From Epithemia pelagica (lineage: Eukaryota > Protista > Bacillariophyta), in the NCBI GenBank assembly GCA_946965045.2, contig OX337231.1, positions 620,001 to 684,000 on the forward strand: 64,000 nucleotides of DNA. Direction: 5' to 3'. The notes under the pieces are model-generated. The model ran no database searches, was not told the DNA's origin, and saw only the letters and a list, made by a program, of their open reading frames with translations. The position numbers and the translations under genes were made by a program. Shown one piece after another: positions 46,734 through 58,393 of this stretch (the first letter of the stretch is position 1; the number at the start of each line of letters is the position of its first letter).

Positions 46734-48182
46734 GGTCGTTTCACTTGCGTATAGTGTCGTTAGTTGTTTGATTACTCTGACGAGGAGCAAATGTTGAAGA
46801 GATGATAGAACAATTACTGTCGTTCTTCGCTCTTGAATGACTTTCTTGCGATGCTCCTCTCTCCAAGGAAGATCGCCATTTGCAGAGAAGGTTGACGTTG
46901 CAGTTCCGGAGTGGATTCGATGCGCACACACAAGCTGCATCCAACGTCTCCAATTGGATGCAGGCACCTACTTGGAAAATGGTTCCATTGTGACGGTGTC
47001 AAACTTACTTACCGCATGTATTCTTGTTTGGCGTTAAGCCCAAAGGAGTCAGTAAACAAAATAGTAGGGCTTTTGCGATACCATTCCTATGTAACTTAAG
47101 CCTAACGGATAGAATGTCTAAGTATGCCAAACAACACATAAATAATTATATATCGTCGATCCGGTACTCGTGTACGACATGTAAGTAATACAAACTATTA
47201 GCGGTCTGCATGGTCCTCTCACATTTTGGTCGATCCAATCGAGCACTGCGAGTGACTTCCGGTGCACCCAAGCAATCGTTTCATACCCTTGGTCCTTGCA
47301 TGTATCATTGCACCTGTCGCCAAAGAGAGAAGACGTCCAAAGGCCCGCGGCATAATTGTTATGTTTGGTGCCAAGTCGTCGGGCTGAGAGCGTGCGCGGT
47401 TTTTGGACGATGGACTTATGCTCCGATTTAGACCCCTGTTCGCATGTCCGTGATGCGAAATTCTTGCCTATCGGATCTACTTTTTTGTTGAAGACCAAGG
47501 CAATACTTCATATTCCTTCATTTTTAAAAGCCATTGACATTTGCCTTGGTTCAGTGATGTCACTTGTCTTTGAGACGGACACGAACACAAGCAACTCATC
47601 CGAATCTGTTGTCCTCGGCATCGGACAAGAGAAGGAGAAGGGAATCAATAATGGAAACGTTTCCCCTCAAGATAATGCAAACTAAATGAAGGTAAGAGCA
47701 TGGAAAAGCACCTCCTTCTCACCTTTTCAATCAACCCCGGTAGGAAATGCAGCGTCAAGGAAGAAAGTTGGGAGTCGAAACTTTGTCAGTTCATAGCGAT
47801 ATTCGAATGAGGCGAACCAGAGAGACGGTGCAACTTATTGCATTTGGTAAACTCCTGAGCTAACCTCACACCAGTGAAGACGGTCAGGACTCTTGATGTT
47901 AAAGGAGAATACTCTATTGATCAGAGTTTAGGGCTACACTGTTAGTATTATTTACAACGCGATCGTCTTGGGTGTGACGACTGATTTTTTGGCTCTCCCC
48001 CCAAATGTATTCTTTCTATGTTTCCAAGGCTTTTTCAAGGACGGGTGGCCTCGCCAGGGTACAGAACTAGACGACGAAAAGCCCTTGTTGTTGTTCCCAC
48101 CAAAACCAGACGGCGTCGGATTGTCATTCGATAAAATGTAAACTCCATCGTCTTCGTCTAGGGTTGGTGATGAAAACGCCTC

Positions 48183-49636
48183 TTATACCTCGTCACGATC
48201 ATTGGTTGGTCTGTCCAGCTGCGGCTGCTGGTCGTAGTAGTAGGGTGTGAAACCAGACACACCACCCGTGATACTATCCATGGCGAGACTTTTCAGGTCA
48301 TCCCAGGATTCTGGAGATGGCCATACCAGATTGGAATAGCCTACACTGCCACTTCCAGCGCTACTGCTCAGACATGTCGAAATGTCATCGTCATCGTACT
48401 CAAATTCTAAATGAGGCAAATCCATGTTGGGTGCGTCATCGAATGGGGGAGAAGGAGTCGTCTGACGGTCTGATGGGTCTTTTGTTTCGGGTGCAAACCT
48501 CACTCGTAGAATTCGTTTGTTGGGGATTGTTGTTGTATTCGTTAGCGTCATGGGTTGGTTATCGTCATCGTCGTCGGAATGTAAAAGTGGCGAAAAGGAA
48601 GCCGAGAGACCACCCGCTTCCAACAAACGAGTCGCCCCCTCGGGATCGCTCGAATAGTATTTGGTACCGGGCGAAAAGGAGACACGACGAGTCTGTTTGA
48701 GAGTCGAAGAGTCTGGTTTTTGAGTCATGATTTTTCGAATCATGGGCTGACCCGCCAATATGGTTACCACATCGGTGTGCATCCACTTGTGCGAATGATG
48801 ACTCGTGCTCGATTTGGACAAGGCCGTCCTTCGGCGCGGTCGATTGGTCCCCAACCGCGATGTCGATTCCACTACATCGTGTACGAGCTCATGCACTTGA
48901 CTTTGCGACAAGGAGACATCTCCAAACATGGCAGTGGTTGAATTTACACCTGAAGCATCAAGACAAACATCCAGAAGACGAAAAAAAGCGACAAAGCAGT
49001 CGTTAGACCGACTGTCGTCATGTCGACATGGACACGCTGTCAATCAAACAGAATCTGAACAATTTTCTCTAGAAAATACGTACTTTGTAGAATCTTGATC
49101 AAATCATCGCCCGTGACAGTCCCCGATTCTTGTACGTCATAGACATCCAAGGCCAGTTGCAAAAAGCTTCGCAAGGAATCGTCTTCTTGACAGGCGAGTA
49201 TGGACAGGCTCGTAACGAAGTTCAAGGTTGGTACTTGTTCGGTTCCAAACATGTCCCATATGGTATACAAATCCAAAATGACATCATAGTCCTTTTTCAA
49301 AATGACTCGACGTCGATGGGTATAAAACTCAATGGCTTCGGTCGATTGTTCTTCATCGGGATTCGAATCTCCACCCAACAGCACTTGATTGAGTGCCCAT
49401 TTCAACTCTTTGCGTGACAACACGGCTCGAGATGCTTCGTGTTGACTCGGTATTCTAATGTCCAAGGAGGAGGTGGAAGACGACAATGTGGTTGTCGGTG
49501 CCGCCGAGGTGGCTCGCAAACATTCGTCTCGTAAATCCAACAATTGATCATGATTGAGATGCATGTGTTGTGAGAGTGCCCATGATTTTAGTTCTGTTTG
49601 TCGAGCCGTCGTCCCAGTGCTTTCGGCATTCCCCAT
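48183..49636 (-). CDS. N-myristoylated calcineurin-B/NCS-like EF-hand protein, paralog B; intron 48950-49083, about 439 aa
   Basis: MGNAES start. FLQLALDVYDVQESGTVTGDDLIKILQ. Same phase-1 intron position as paralog A (ILQSVNSTTAMFGD). Confidence 0.78.
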
Positions 49637-50065
49637 GGTGGTGGTGTTGTTATGGTTGTTGAACGGCACTCGTTGGGTAGCGCTTTCACAAAGAATGCAA
49701 CCAAGTACTTTGTGCTTCAGTTTGATTTGCTGGAACAGTTGATGTGGTACATGTCGTTCTCGTCGTTCTTGTTTTGCTGTTTGTCGACGTCTAGTGTTCG
49801 GTTGCTCTCTCGTTGCATGTGTGACAAATTTCGCTGTCCGTTGGATGGAAACGTTGACTTTTCTTCATGGTTGTAAGTGGCACATCCGTTTCAAGGCGTA
49901 GTTAGGTTCCACTTAGACCCCCATGGTGTGGCTGTAGACGTTGAGGTGCGCCATCAAGTCAGCCTCGTCCAAATGCCCTTGTCTTCCCATGGAGTGAGAA
50001 TTGGTTCTTTGTGCGAGAGGCGGTGTGTGTGTGTCGTGTGGTCCGGTGCGCGATCGGACAAATAA

Positions 50066-51172
50066 ATGGGCTCGCCATGCGAAAGAATTCAATTATCGAT
50101 ACATTTCCGAAGAGTGGATGGGTCGGCGCGCAAGAATTTCCCCCAAAATGGACGTCGGTGTGTGGATGGGTGCGTCACTCGCGCGATGTTGAGTTCGTCC
50201 ACCCGCACCATGGCGCTGCGCCGTTCGGGAGCACACTTTTTATCGCATTCAGCAAGAATCAGAGGAGGATCCATGGTGGTGCGACGAGGATGCAAGCCAA
50301 CAACACACCAACGGTGGCTACCATCGACAACGGTTGTCGCTGCCCAAACCTTGTTGTTCTTTTGCAGTAGTAGTGTGTCACAGACTCATGCCTGGACCTT
50401 GTCGGATCTGCTGGACCGTCCCTTTATTCAACGAGCACTGGTGGAGGAACCCAAAACGGCTCAGTCGGTCCTGTCCTTCTTTTATGGTGTCGATTACGAA
50501 AATCCGGAGGATATTGATGAGAATTTGGTCAATGGAGGATGTATCGACAAAATGACAAACCTATGGTTTTTTGGAGAAAAGGATTACGATTCGATTTGTA
50601 CTACCCATTTTGCGCAAGCGGTACGTCAAGACGGAGATGGAGCTTCGGCTACCACCGAGAATCAAGACAATGACATGTGGACCGATACAGTCGATGGTGT
50701 CATGGCTCGATTGATTTTGTGTGACCAAATTTCCCGCAACGCGTTCCGAGGCACTACCGAAGCCTTTGCCTTTGATGGGGCTGCCCTGGAGTGTGCCGAT
50801 ACACTTTCCCAACACATTCTTGCGTTAAAGCAGCAGGAGAACAAGGAAAACAACAAACAACTGGTACTCAAAGGAACAGTCTACCCGCCTTATATTTCTT
50901 CCGTGGTAACCGCCTTGATGCATTCTGAAGTTCTTCAGGATCATGAAAATGGGGTCGAAATATTGCAATATGCCAAAGAAACATCACCTCCATCGCTTTC
51001 TGATTGGTGGGTAGGACAAGAACAGTTTTTGCTGGATCACAAACATGTCGTGGAACGATTTGGCAGATACCCACACCGAAACAAATTAAAAGGACGTACA
51101 AGTACCTCCGAAGAAGTTGCCTGGTTGGAAGATACTGAGAATCTGCCAGGATGGGCCAAAAGTCAAGGATAA
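50066..51172 (+). CDS. DUF924 family protein (probable start 50186)
   Basis: RLILCDQISRNAFRGTTEAFAFD, LMHSEVLQDH and HKHVVERFGRYPHRNKLKGRTSTSEE are the DUF924 signature motifs. Confidence 0.9.
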   Translation: MGSPCERIQLSIHFRRVDGSARKNFPQNGRRCVDGCVTRAMLSSSTRTMALRRSGAHFLSHSARIRGGSMVVRRGCKPTTHQRWLPSTTVVAAQTLLFFCSSSVSQTHAWTLSDLLDRPFIQRALVEEPKTAQSVLSFFYGVDYENPEDIDENLVNGGCIDKMTNLWFFGEKDYDSICTTHFAQAVRQDGDGASATTENQDNDMWTDTVDGVMARLILCDQISRNAFRGTTEAFAFDGAALECADTLSQHILALKQQENKENNKQLVLKGTVYPPYISSVVTALMHSEVLQDHENGVEILQYAKETSPPSLSDWWVGQEQFLLDHKHVVERFGRYPHRNKLKGRTSTSEEVAWLEDTENLPGWAKSQG

Positions 51173-52499
51173 AGCATCAGACGCAGATCTTGTCCCAGGA
51201 GCTGTCGTTATTCTAAGCAAATCGCAGTTTTGTCTAGTGTCCTCGCAAAACAGTACGAAAAATGCCAACCCTCCGCGGATGGGTCTAAATGACTCATCAT
51301 AAGACGGAGACTGATGGACGAAAGGAACGGCAAGTGTCCAAAGCAAGCTCATGGACAAAATACAGATCCGGTTTGGAGGCAAGACATCCCACGTGGTCGT
51401 GATCAGGACGACCAAACAAGATTGCAAAGCGGCACCGTAGATCAAATAATAATAACAGAGTTAGTAGAAGAAGTGTGACAAGTAGTAGATCTTTTTCATG
51501 TTATTCATGTGGATGCATAATGTGCAAGGAGAGCAAACGCATGGATAACTTATGTTGCCTCGTCTGCAATCGACTAACTTATTCCCGTCCATGTTTTCGG
51601 TGTCTCATCAGTCACGGTCAAAGGAATCCCACAATGAAGAAGAAATTGGGCAATAATATAATATATATTTATACTACCCCGAGGTCTCGAAGAGTTCTAG
51701 AAATGGAGGAATCTAATGATTAGTGTCCTCTTACTGTTAGAGAGTAAGAAGTAAGAAGTCAGAAGAAGTAGTAATTATTGTACGCGCAAATCAAGAATCA
51801 AGTATGCGTTGATCGTGAAAATGGAAAGAGGCTATTGTCCATAACTACTGCTTTTCTATCGGAATCGACTTCCATCCATGCGCTGAGCTGAGCCCTACCA
51901 AAATTTCACTAGAACTACGAATACGAGTACTACTGCCTCTGAGCACTTTCTACAGTACGAATGATCGTAGCTCCTACGAGTATTGCAAACTCGTACAAAA
52001 AGAATGGTCACGATTTTACTTCTACAGCTTCGATAAAATCGTACCCTGCCACTTTGTAGTAAGTTTTGAATGCACGGACAATAATTAGTTAAGAATAATT
52101 GTCATTTGCCGACCAGCTATCAACCAGCAACGCTTCCTGACGAAGACGATAGAGCGTAGTTTTGGTCGCATGTCACATGTCTTACTGACTTTCAGTTGTA
52201 TAGTCGAGTTCTGGTCCGACGGGACTTGAAATTTTTCCTAGCGTTTTAAGCTCTGTTTACAGACAGAGATCTTCTTCAGCAGAAACAACAAGTGAGAAAA
52301 GTCCCCTCTTCTCTTCTGTTTATCGGCCAAATTGCATAAAGAATAAAGATAAAGCCGCTACGAAATCGAAACTGTCGGAAATACTAATACTCCTCACTCC
52401 TTCTTCCTTCTTATCCTTCATAGGAGATGCAGTCATCCAATCAATAATCAATGGGAGAACGTGCGTTTGTCGTTGATGCAAGGATGTTTTTTTCTCTAG

Positions 52500-53230
52500 T
52501 AGTCTACGGTAGGTAGATCTGGAGCCCCAAGTGCTGAAATTGCCATGTCCTCTAGTTGTAGCACTGAATCATTCATCCAAAAAATTAACCCAACGAACAC
52601 TAGGAAGCACCTTTTGGAGCCGACAACCGTAGGCAGAGATCAATTGAAACTCTTCTCAAAGTCAATAGCTCTCTTTCTCGCAGGACTACAGTTATCTCCT
52701 GGAAAAATTATGATACACGGAGTCGCGAACAACAAACAGAAAGATGCCTGTATTGCTTCGGTAGCATGGGTAGCATCCATTGTTGTCATTTCTCTACAAG
52801 GCCCAAGGATCAATGACGACGAAGACCGCTCAACAATGCTTGCTGAAAGAAGAAAGAAGTGATCTTTGAGCTGTCCAATGGCCAACCATAAACAACTACT
52901 CCTATTTTAGTGCACCAATTTCAAAAGATGAGAAGAGATGGCAGGGAAGAAAACTGGGAATGAACGATAGGTAAGGTACTGCTGATTTAACAGAACGGCG
53001 GGTAGATCCCACGATCTCGACAAGACAGATTTTACAGAAAAGTGTCACTTCTAGTCGGGAACGCTTGGAAGTAGACATTTCTGTGTAATCAAACGTTTGG
53101 CAACGCGAACACGAGTCATTCCATAACCATAAATGATACTTATGCCCAATCGCATGCCCCACCAGCTTTCTTGAACATATTCGATTTGTCCGGCATTGCC
53201 CCTTGTCATTCAAATGGCTTGCGCATACCT
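52500..53230 (-). pseudogene. Fragmented unknown gene remnant
   Basis: Same-strand protein-like pieces (52902-53213, 52640-52885) separated by stops. No family recognised. Confidence 0.25.
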
Positions 53231-53622
53231 CAATCTATCACGCGATCAAAGCATTCTTGACCGCTACTCCTACCTCTTACGGCAGAAAGCAGGAACACTC
53301 CAATTCACGGCATAATTCTCGAGTGCCTCAAGTCGGTTTCCTCCGTTCTGGTTCTTCCCAATCAATTGGGTGTGTTTTCTTCATCTTCCTGTTGTAGAGT
53401 CAAGCAGACAACACACATACATACTACAGAGAGTTCAGTCATTGGGTGGTGCCATTCCTGTTTTCGCAAAGGCGACACACGGTTGGGGATTGGTGGCAGC
53501 CATTGGTACATTTCTCGGTTCTTGGAAACTTGAGTGAGGCAGGTAGATTGTAGGTTCAACGTCATTTCCTGCTGGTATCAGTCTGGAATCTCGTCCAAAC
53601 AACAACTCCAAAAGCCACAACC

Positions 53623-55908
53623 ATGGTGACCAAAGAAAGTTCACGGCCAAAGCGGCTTCGGTCCATTCCCATTTTGGACCCATCCATGAAGGCAGCCTCC
53701 TTCACTTACCGCTCCTCATCTAGTAGAATAAATCCAGTGGATGATTCCTCGGTACGATCTGGAGCTTCGGGATCCTCCTTGTCGTCCACGTTTACGGCGG
53801 ATAGTGGAAAGCATCATCTTCCTGGAAAGCAACCACCACTTACGACTGCATACGAAGCCGAACAACAACAACAGCAGCAGCAACAACATGGGGCTCTATA
53901 TCACCCAAATCTACATTCCTCTTTTTCCTTTAATGAAGAGTGTCAAGACGACACCGATGCTGCCAGTACCTTATCGGGAAGTACCTTGTCGGGAGAAGAT
54001 TTCTCCACCTCCTCCCTCTCTCGAAGCAGCGGCAACATGCATTATCATAATCATCACCGTTCTCTATCTTCCTGTCGGAGTCAGGGGAGCAGCAGTAGTG
54101 GTGGTCGCCAAAGCCGTCGCCGGGTCCGATTCAATGTGTACATGAATCAATTGCACGAATCCAACTTGACGCAAGACGATATGGTCTATTTGTGGTCGCA
54201 AGAGGAAGATTATGGAGACTTTTACGAATCCATGGCCTTGACTGTCACAGCCATTACCACAGTGCCCGAAGCTGAAACGCACGATTCCTGTTCTGAAGTT
54301 TTGGGACGCATGTTTCAAGCCTGTTGTGGCATTCGACAACCGGATGGAGTCTTTTTGTGTCACAGTCCCAGCAGCAACAATGAGAATAAGACTGGTGGTG
54401 GTTTAGCGGGCAATCCCATTATGAATCGGGAAGACAAGCGCAAACTCAAAGCCTTGTTTCGGGCCACACCGGATTTGTTGGGATTGGAACGGGCCGTTTC
54501 TTCCTTGATTAGTCAAGATCGTATGGATCGACGCAATGCCTTGATTGAAAAGATTGAAGACTTGCAATCGTGTGGATGGCCCGATCATGAGACGGAGGCT
54601 CGGAAATTGGCGGAAGCGAGTATTCCCATGAGTCGACCCTCGCGCATGTTTGCCAGACAAGTCGCTCTGGGGATCGCACCCACATCTTCAGCGTCTTGTT
54701 CTTTTGCAAGTATGTTTGGCCCCCTCCCATCCTCCTCTGCTTCAAACGAAGGTGACAAATCTTCGGGGCGCCGAAAGAAACTCTCCAAAAGTTCTAGTAA
54801 GCGAAAACTCTATCGCTCCAAGTCTTCCAAAGAGTTACTGGTGGAGTCCTCCGATCCACTCGAGCCCTCCACTTCAGATCAAAACGAGATGCCTTCTCCA
54901 AGATCCTCACTGCGAAAGTCCAAATCCAAGAGAAAACTCATGTCACGTTCCAAGTCGGCTCGAAGTTTATCGAATGAATCCGAGGAGCCCTTACCACTTT
55001 CTTCTTCTCCCAAGTCTTCGCGACGTTTGTCCAGTGATTCCGGAGAGTCCTTCTCACGCTCCAAGTCGGATCGCAGTCTATCCTGTGAATCGGACGATTC
55101 CCTGCCACGTGTTTCCAAGTCTTCGCGTCGCCTATCCAGTGATTCCGGTAAATCCTTGTCACGTTCCAAATCGGATCGGAATCTCTCCAGTGAGACGGAC
55201 GAGTCCATACCACGTTCTTCCAAATCTTCACGACGTCTATCAAGTGATTCCGGAAAGTCCTTCTCACGCTCCAAATCCGACCGCAATCTCGTAGGCGATT
55301 CGAGCAAGTCCTCGCGGTCCAAATCACCTCGCAATCGATTGAGAGATTCGAGTAACAACAACAAGTTCTCACGATCCAAGTCGGAACGAGCTCTCATGAC
55401 AACAGAGGAATCTAGCAAGGCCTCACGGTCCAAATCACCTCGGAATCGAATGAGAGATTCGAGTAGCAGCAAGTTGTCCCGGTCCAAGTCGGAACGAGCT
55501 CTCATGGCTACAGAGGAATCATCGAGCAAGTCTTCGCGGTCCAAGTCACCTCGGAATCGAACACGAGATTCGAATAGCAGCAAGTCCTTGTCACGCTCCA
55601 AGTCGGCGCGCAATCTCACCAGTAGCGAATCCAGTGGCAAGTCACGGTCCAAGTCACCCAAAAAGCGATCGAGCAAATCACCGCTCCGCCGGAGCGGATC
55701 TCCCTCGGCCGAATCGAGAACAGCTCGTCGGAATCTTGCCATTGAGTCCAAAACAGATGCACTTTCCAAGTCCATGTCGGCCATTTCCGTGTCCACTTCA
55801 CTTTCGTCCTCCATGCACTTGGACACGTCTGCTTATTCTCCTCCAAGCAAACCAGTTTATCGACGGGCAAACTCGTTCAAGTTGAGCAATCGGACCGTCG
55901 ACATTTAG
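53623..55908 (+). CDS. Ser/Arg/Lys-rich repeat protein with a diatom-type RRVRF...LW...GLER domain
   Basis: 761-aa ORF. N-half has RRVRFNVYMNQLHE...VYLWSQEEDYGDF and LLGLERAV. C-half has 11 SRSKS motifs. Confidence 0.8.
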   Translation: MVTKESSRPKRLRSIPILDPSMKAASFTYRSSSSRINPVDDSSVRSGASGSSLSSTFTADSGKHHLPGKQPPLTTAYEAEQQQQQQQQHGALYHPNLHSSFSFNEECQDDTDAASTLSGSTLSGEDFSTSSLSRSSGNMHYHNHHRSLSSCRSQGSSSSGGRQSRRRVRFNVYMNQLHESNLTQDDMVYLWSQEEDYGDFYESMALTVTAITTVPEAETHDSCSEVLGRMFQACCGIRQPDGVFLCHSPSSNNENKTGGGLAGNPIMNREDKRKLKALFRATPDLLGLERAVSSLISQDRMDRRNALIEKIEDLQSCGWPDHETEARKLAEASIPMSRPSRMFARQVALGIAPTSSASCSFASMFGPLPSSSASNEGDKSSGRRKKLSKSSSKRKLYRSKSSKELLVESSDPLEPSTSDQNEMPSPRSSLRKSKSKRKLMSRSKSARSLSNESEEPLPLSSSPKSSRRLSSDSGESFSRSKSDRSLSCESDDSLPRVSKSSRRLSSDSGKSLSRSKSDRNLSSETDESIPRSSKSSRRLSSDSGKSFSRSKSDRNLVGDSSKSSRSKSPRNRLRDSSNNNKFSRSKSERALMTTEESSKASRSKSPRNRMRDSSSSKLSRSKSERALMATEESSSKSSRSKSPRNRTRDSNSSKSLSRSKSARNLTSSESSGKSRSKSPKKRSSKSPLRRSGSPSAESRTARRNLAIESKTDALSKSMSAISVSTSLSSSMHLDTSAYSPPSKPVYRRANSFKLSNRTVDI
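54950..55680 (+). repeat. Coding tandem repeats (105-nt/35-aa units, then ~111-nt/37-aa units)
   Basis: KSSRRLSSDSG units start at 55012, 55117 and 55222, followed by three SSKxSRSKSPRNRxRDS units. Confidence 0.9.
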
Positions 55909-56426
55909 GCCTCGATGTTCCTGCTATATACAAGGAATGTCCACCACACTCAATGACCAAGCCGTTCTGCTTGAACATAGAAAGGACCTTCACCACCGAA
56001 TTATCTCTCTGTCTTCCATGGAAGCTACCTGCAATGAATGGGATACAAATACATAAATGGGAATGCAGTGCGCTTCTACGGGACAAACGTTTTTCTCTAC
56101 TAGACTTCAATTTTTCTCTTCCAACAACACTGTTCAAGCTCTCAGGGATTTCCCTTCATTCGGTAGATTTTTCTAGGACGCCTGACAAAGGAGGACAACT
56201 ACCTAGGAGTAGGATGTATGTCAGTCTACGAACGGCATAGCAGTGATAGCGTTGGCCGCCTTCGGCCTTACGTCAGCCACATTTTATCGCGTTGCGGTCG
56301 CATAAATGAATGCGCGGAAGACATCGAGAATCGAGACGCATCGCGCTCCCCAGAATGGGGCGTTCGACGCTGACAGAAATGAGAGGAGCCATCAACTGGT
56401 TTTAGAAGATCAAGTCCGTTCCGTTA

Positions 56427-58273
56427 ATGCTCCAACTCTCCGATTGGGATTGTAGCAACATGAACCAGTCACGACAAACTACAGAAAGGATACGGCAACA
56501 GCAAGTCTTTGTTGGTTTGCTTCCTTCCTGGTTCTCTCTTCTCTTTGTTGTCAGTTTAGTGGCGATGTTTCCTGTCTCCTTGGCGCTGGTCCATTCGTCT
56601 TCTGTAAAACCGTCGTTTATGGTACTTCCTTCACAAATACGTTCGCCTCCCACAAGATTACCCTCTTCCTCTGCTGTACCAACATGCGAACTCCATGGCC
56701 GTCGCAAGACTGGTTTGGCCAGTGCTACTACAGCTATTTTGCCTGGTATGAACGGAGGAAGTAACGAATTGACATTTACCAATGGGTCTGTTCGACCAGT
56801 GTCGTCCGAAGAACAACTTCGAGTCGGAGTCTTGTTGCTCAACTTGGGAGGACCGGAACGAACCGAAGATGTCGAAGGTACGTCGAGACAGTCGTTTTCT
56901 TGTTCATTTCTAGCCCACGAAAGATCTTACAGTAGTCGCTTGTCTACATCCATCCAACTCTCGACATGAACCGCCTTGTTTTTTTCTGGAATGAAACAGG
57001 ATTTTTGTACAATTTGTTTGCCGATCCGGACATTATTCAATTGCCTGGACCCTTGTCACCCTTGCAACCATGGATTGCTCGTTTGATCAGTCAACGACGA
57101 GCACCAAAATCTCGAGAGGCCTACGAATCCATTGGAGGAGGGTCGCCGATTTTAAAGTATTCGGAAGAACAAGCGCGGTTGATTGCCGAACAGTTGCAAA
57201 CCAAGTACAACTTGTCGGTCCAAACCTATATTGGGATGCGATATTGGCATCCCTTTACCGAACAGGCTTTGGACGAAATTCAACGCGATCAAATTCAAGC
57301 CTTGGTCATTGTGCCTCTCTATCCACAGTTTTCCATTTCCACGTCTGGATCATCCTTGCGTGTCTTGCAAGAAGAGTTTTCTCAACCCAATTTTGCCACC
57401 AAGTATCCCAATATGATCCATACGGTGGTGCCCAGTTGGTATCAGCGTCCTGGCTATGTACAGGCAATGGTGGATCTGCTCACGGAACAGTTGGATTCCT
57501 TCACCGAAGAAGAACTGGAGGCTCAGAAACAGGTCAATCCCGATATCAAACCCAAACACGTGTTGTTTTCGGCCCATGGCGTGCCACAATCCTATATTGC
57601 CGCCGGTGATCCCTATCAAACCCAAATGGAGGAATGTGTCAAATACATTTCCGAACGGTTACCTGAAGATGTGCAAGTACATTTGAGTTATCAATCTCGT
57701 GTGGGTCCCATTGAATGGTTGCGGCCGTACACGGACGATGTCTTGCCCCAGTTGGGCCAAGAGTTACGCGTCAAGAATTTGGTGGTGGTCCCCATTAGTT
57801 TTGTTTCGGAACATATTGAAACCTTGGAAGAAATTGATATTGAATACCGGGAGCTTGCCGAAGACTGTGGTATTGTCAATTGGCGACGATGTCCAGCCCT
57901 TAATACCTATTCGGGCTTTGTGAATGACATGGCCGATTTGGTCTATGAAGCCTTGCAAGAACCAACCCTCACCGTCACGGAAGCCTGTGTCGCCAATCGA
58001 GTGCGGGATGTCGAATTACAACCCCTCGATGAACGATTGGGTATCAATACGGCAGGTGTGCAAGGAGTGGGAGGAGAATTTCCTGCCGTGGCAAGTGGAG
58101 CATCCAGTGCTTCGTCCTCCTCGTCATCGTCATCATCATCATCCTTGTTGAATGCCGATCAAGAGCGCTTGATTGCGCGCCTCGCCATTCTAGGTCTAGT
58201 TGTGACGGTGGCATGGGAATTCTTGGGACAACAAGGTGGATCCATCGTGTTACCCAAACTCTTGGGTGTCTAA
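56427..58273 (+). CDS. hemH: Ferrochelatase, plastid/cyanobacterial type, with leader peptide and C-terminal CAB-like helix; intron 56878-56999
   Basis: VGVLLLNLGGPE...DVEGFLYNLFADPDII, YESIGGGSPI, YIGMRYWHPF, PLYPQFSISTSGSS, FSAHGVP, YQSRVGPIEWLRPYT, PISFVSEHIETLEEIDIEY. Confidence 0.97.
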
Positions 58274-58393
58274 GATTGATCTGTTAACCATCCGAAGAAC
58301 ACAGCAAATTCAAATCGTTACCCTGAACATAGTACTCCTATAAAATTATCTACTGCTACTATCACACTCTCGAGTGTCCAACTATAGTAAACA

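Noticed and set aside
47118-47700. Possible gene remnant (DQGYETIAWVHRKSLAVLDW)
   Set aside because: Interrupted by stops, with no start or family evidence.
54879-55826. 315-aa antisense ORF (and 54650-55294 in another frame)
   Set aside because: These are shadows of the Ser/Arg repeat coding strand, because repetitive codons lack stops in other frames.
53623-55908. Silaffin/biosilica protein
   Set aside because: It is Ser/Lys-rich but has no signal peptide, and Arg-Ser motifs rather than KxxK motifs dominate.
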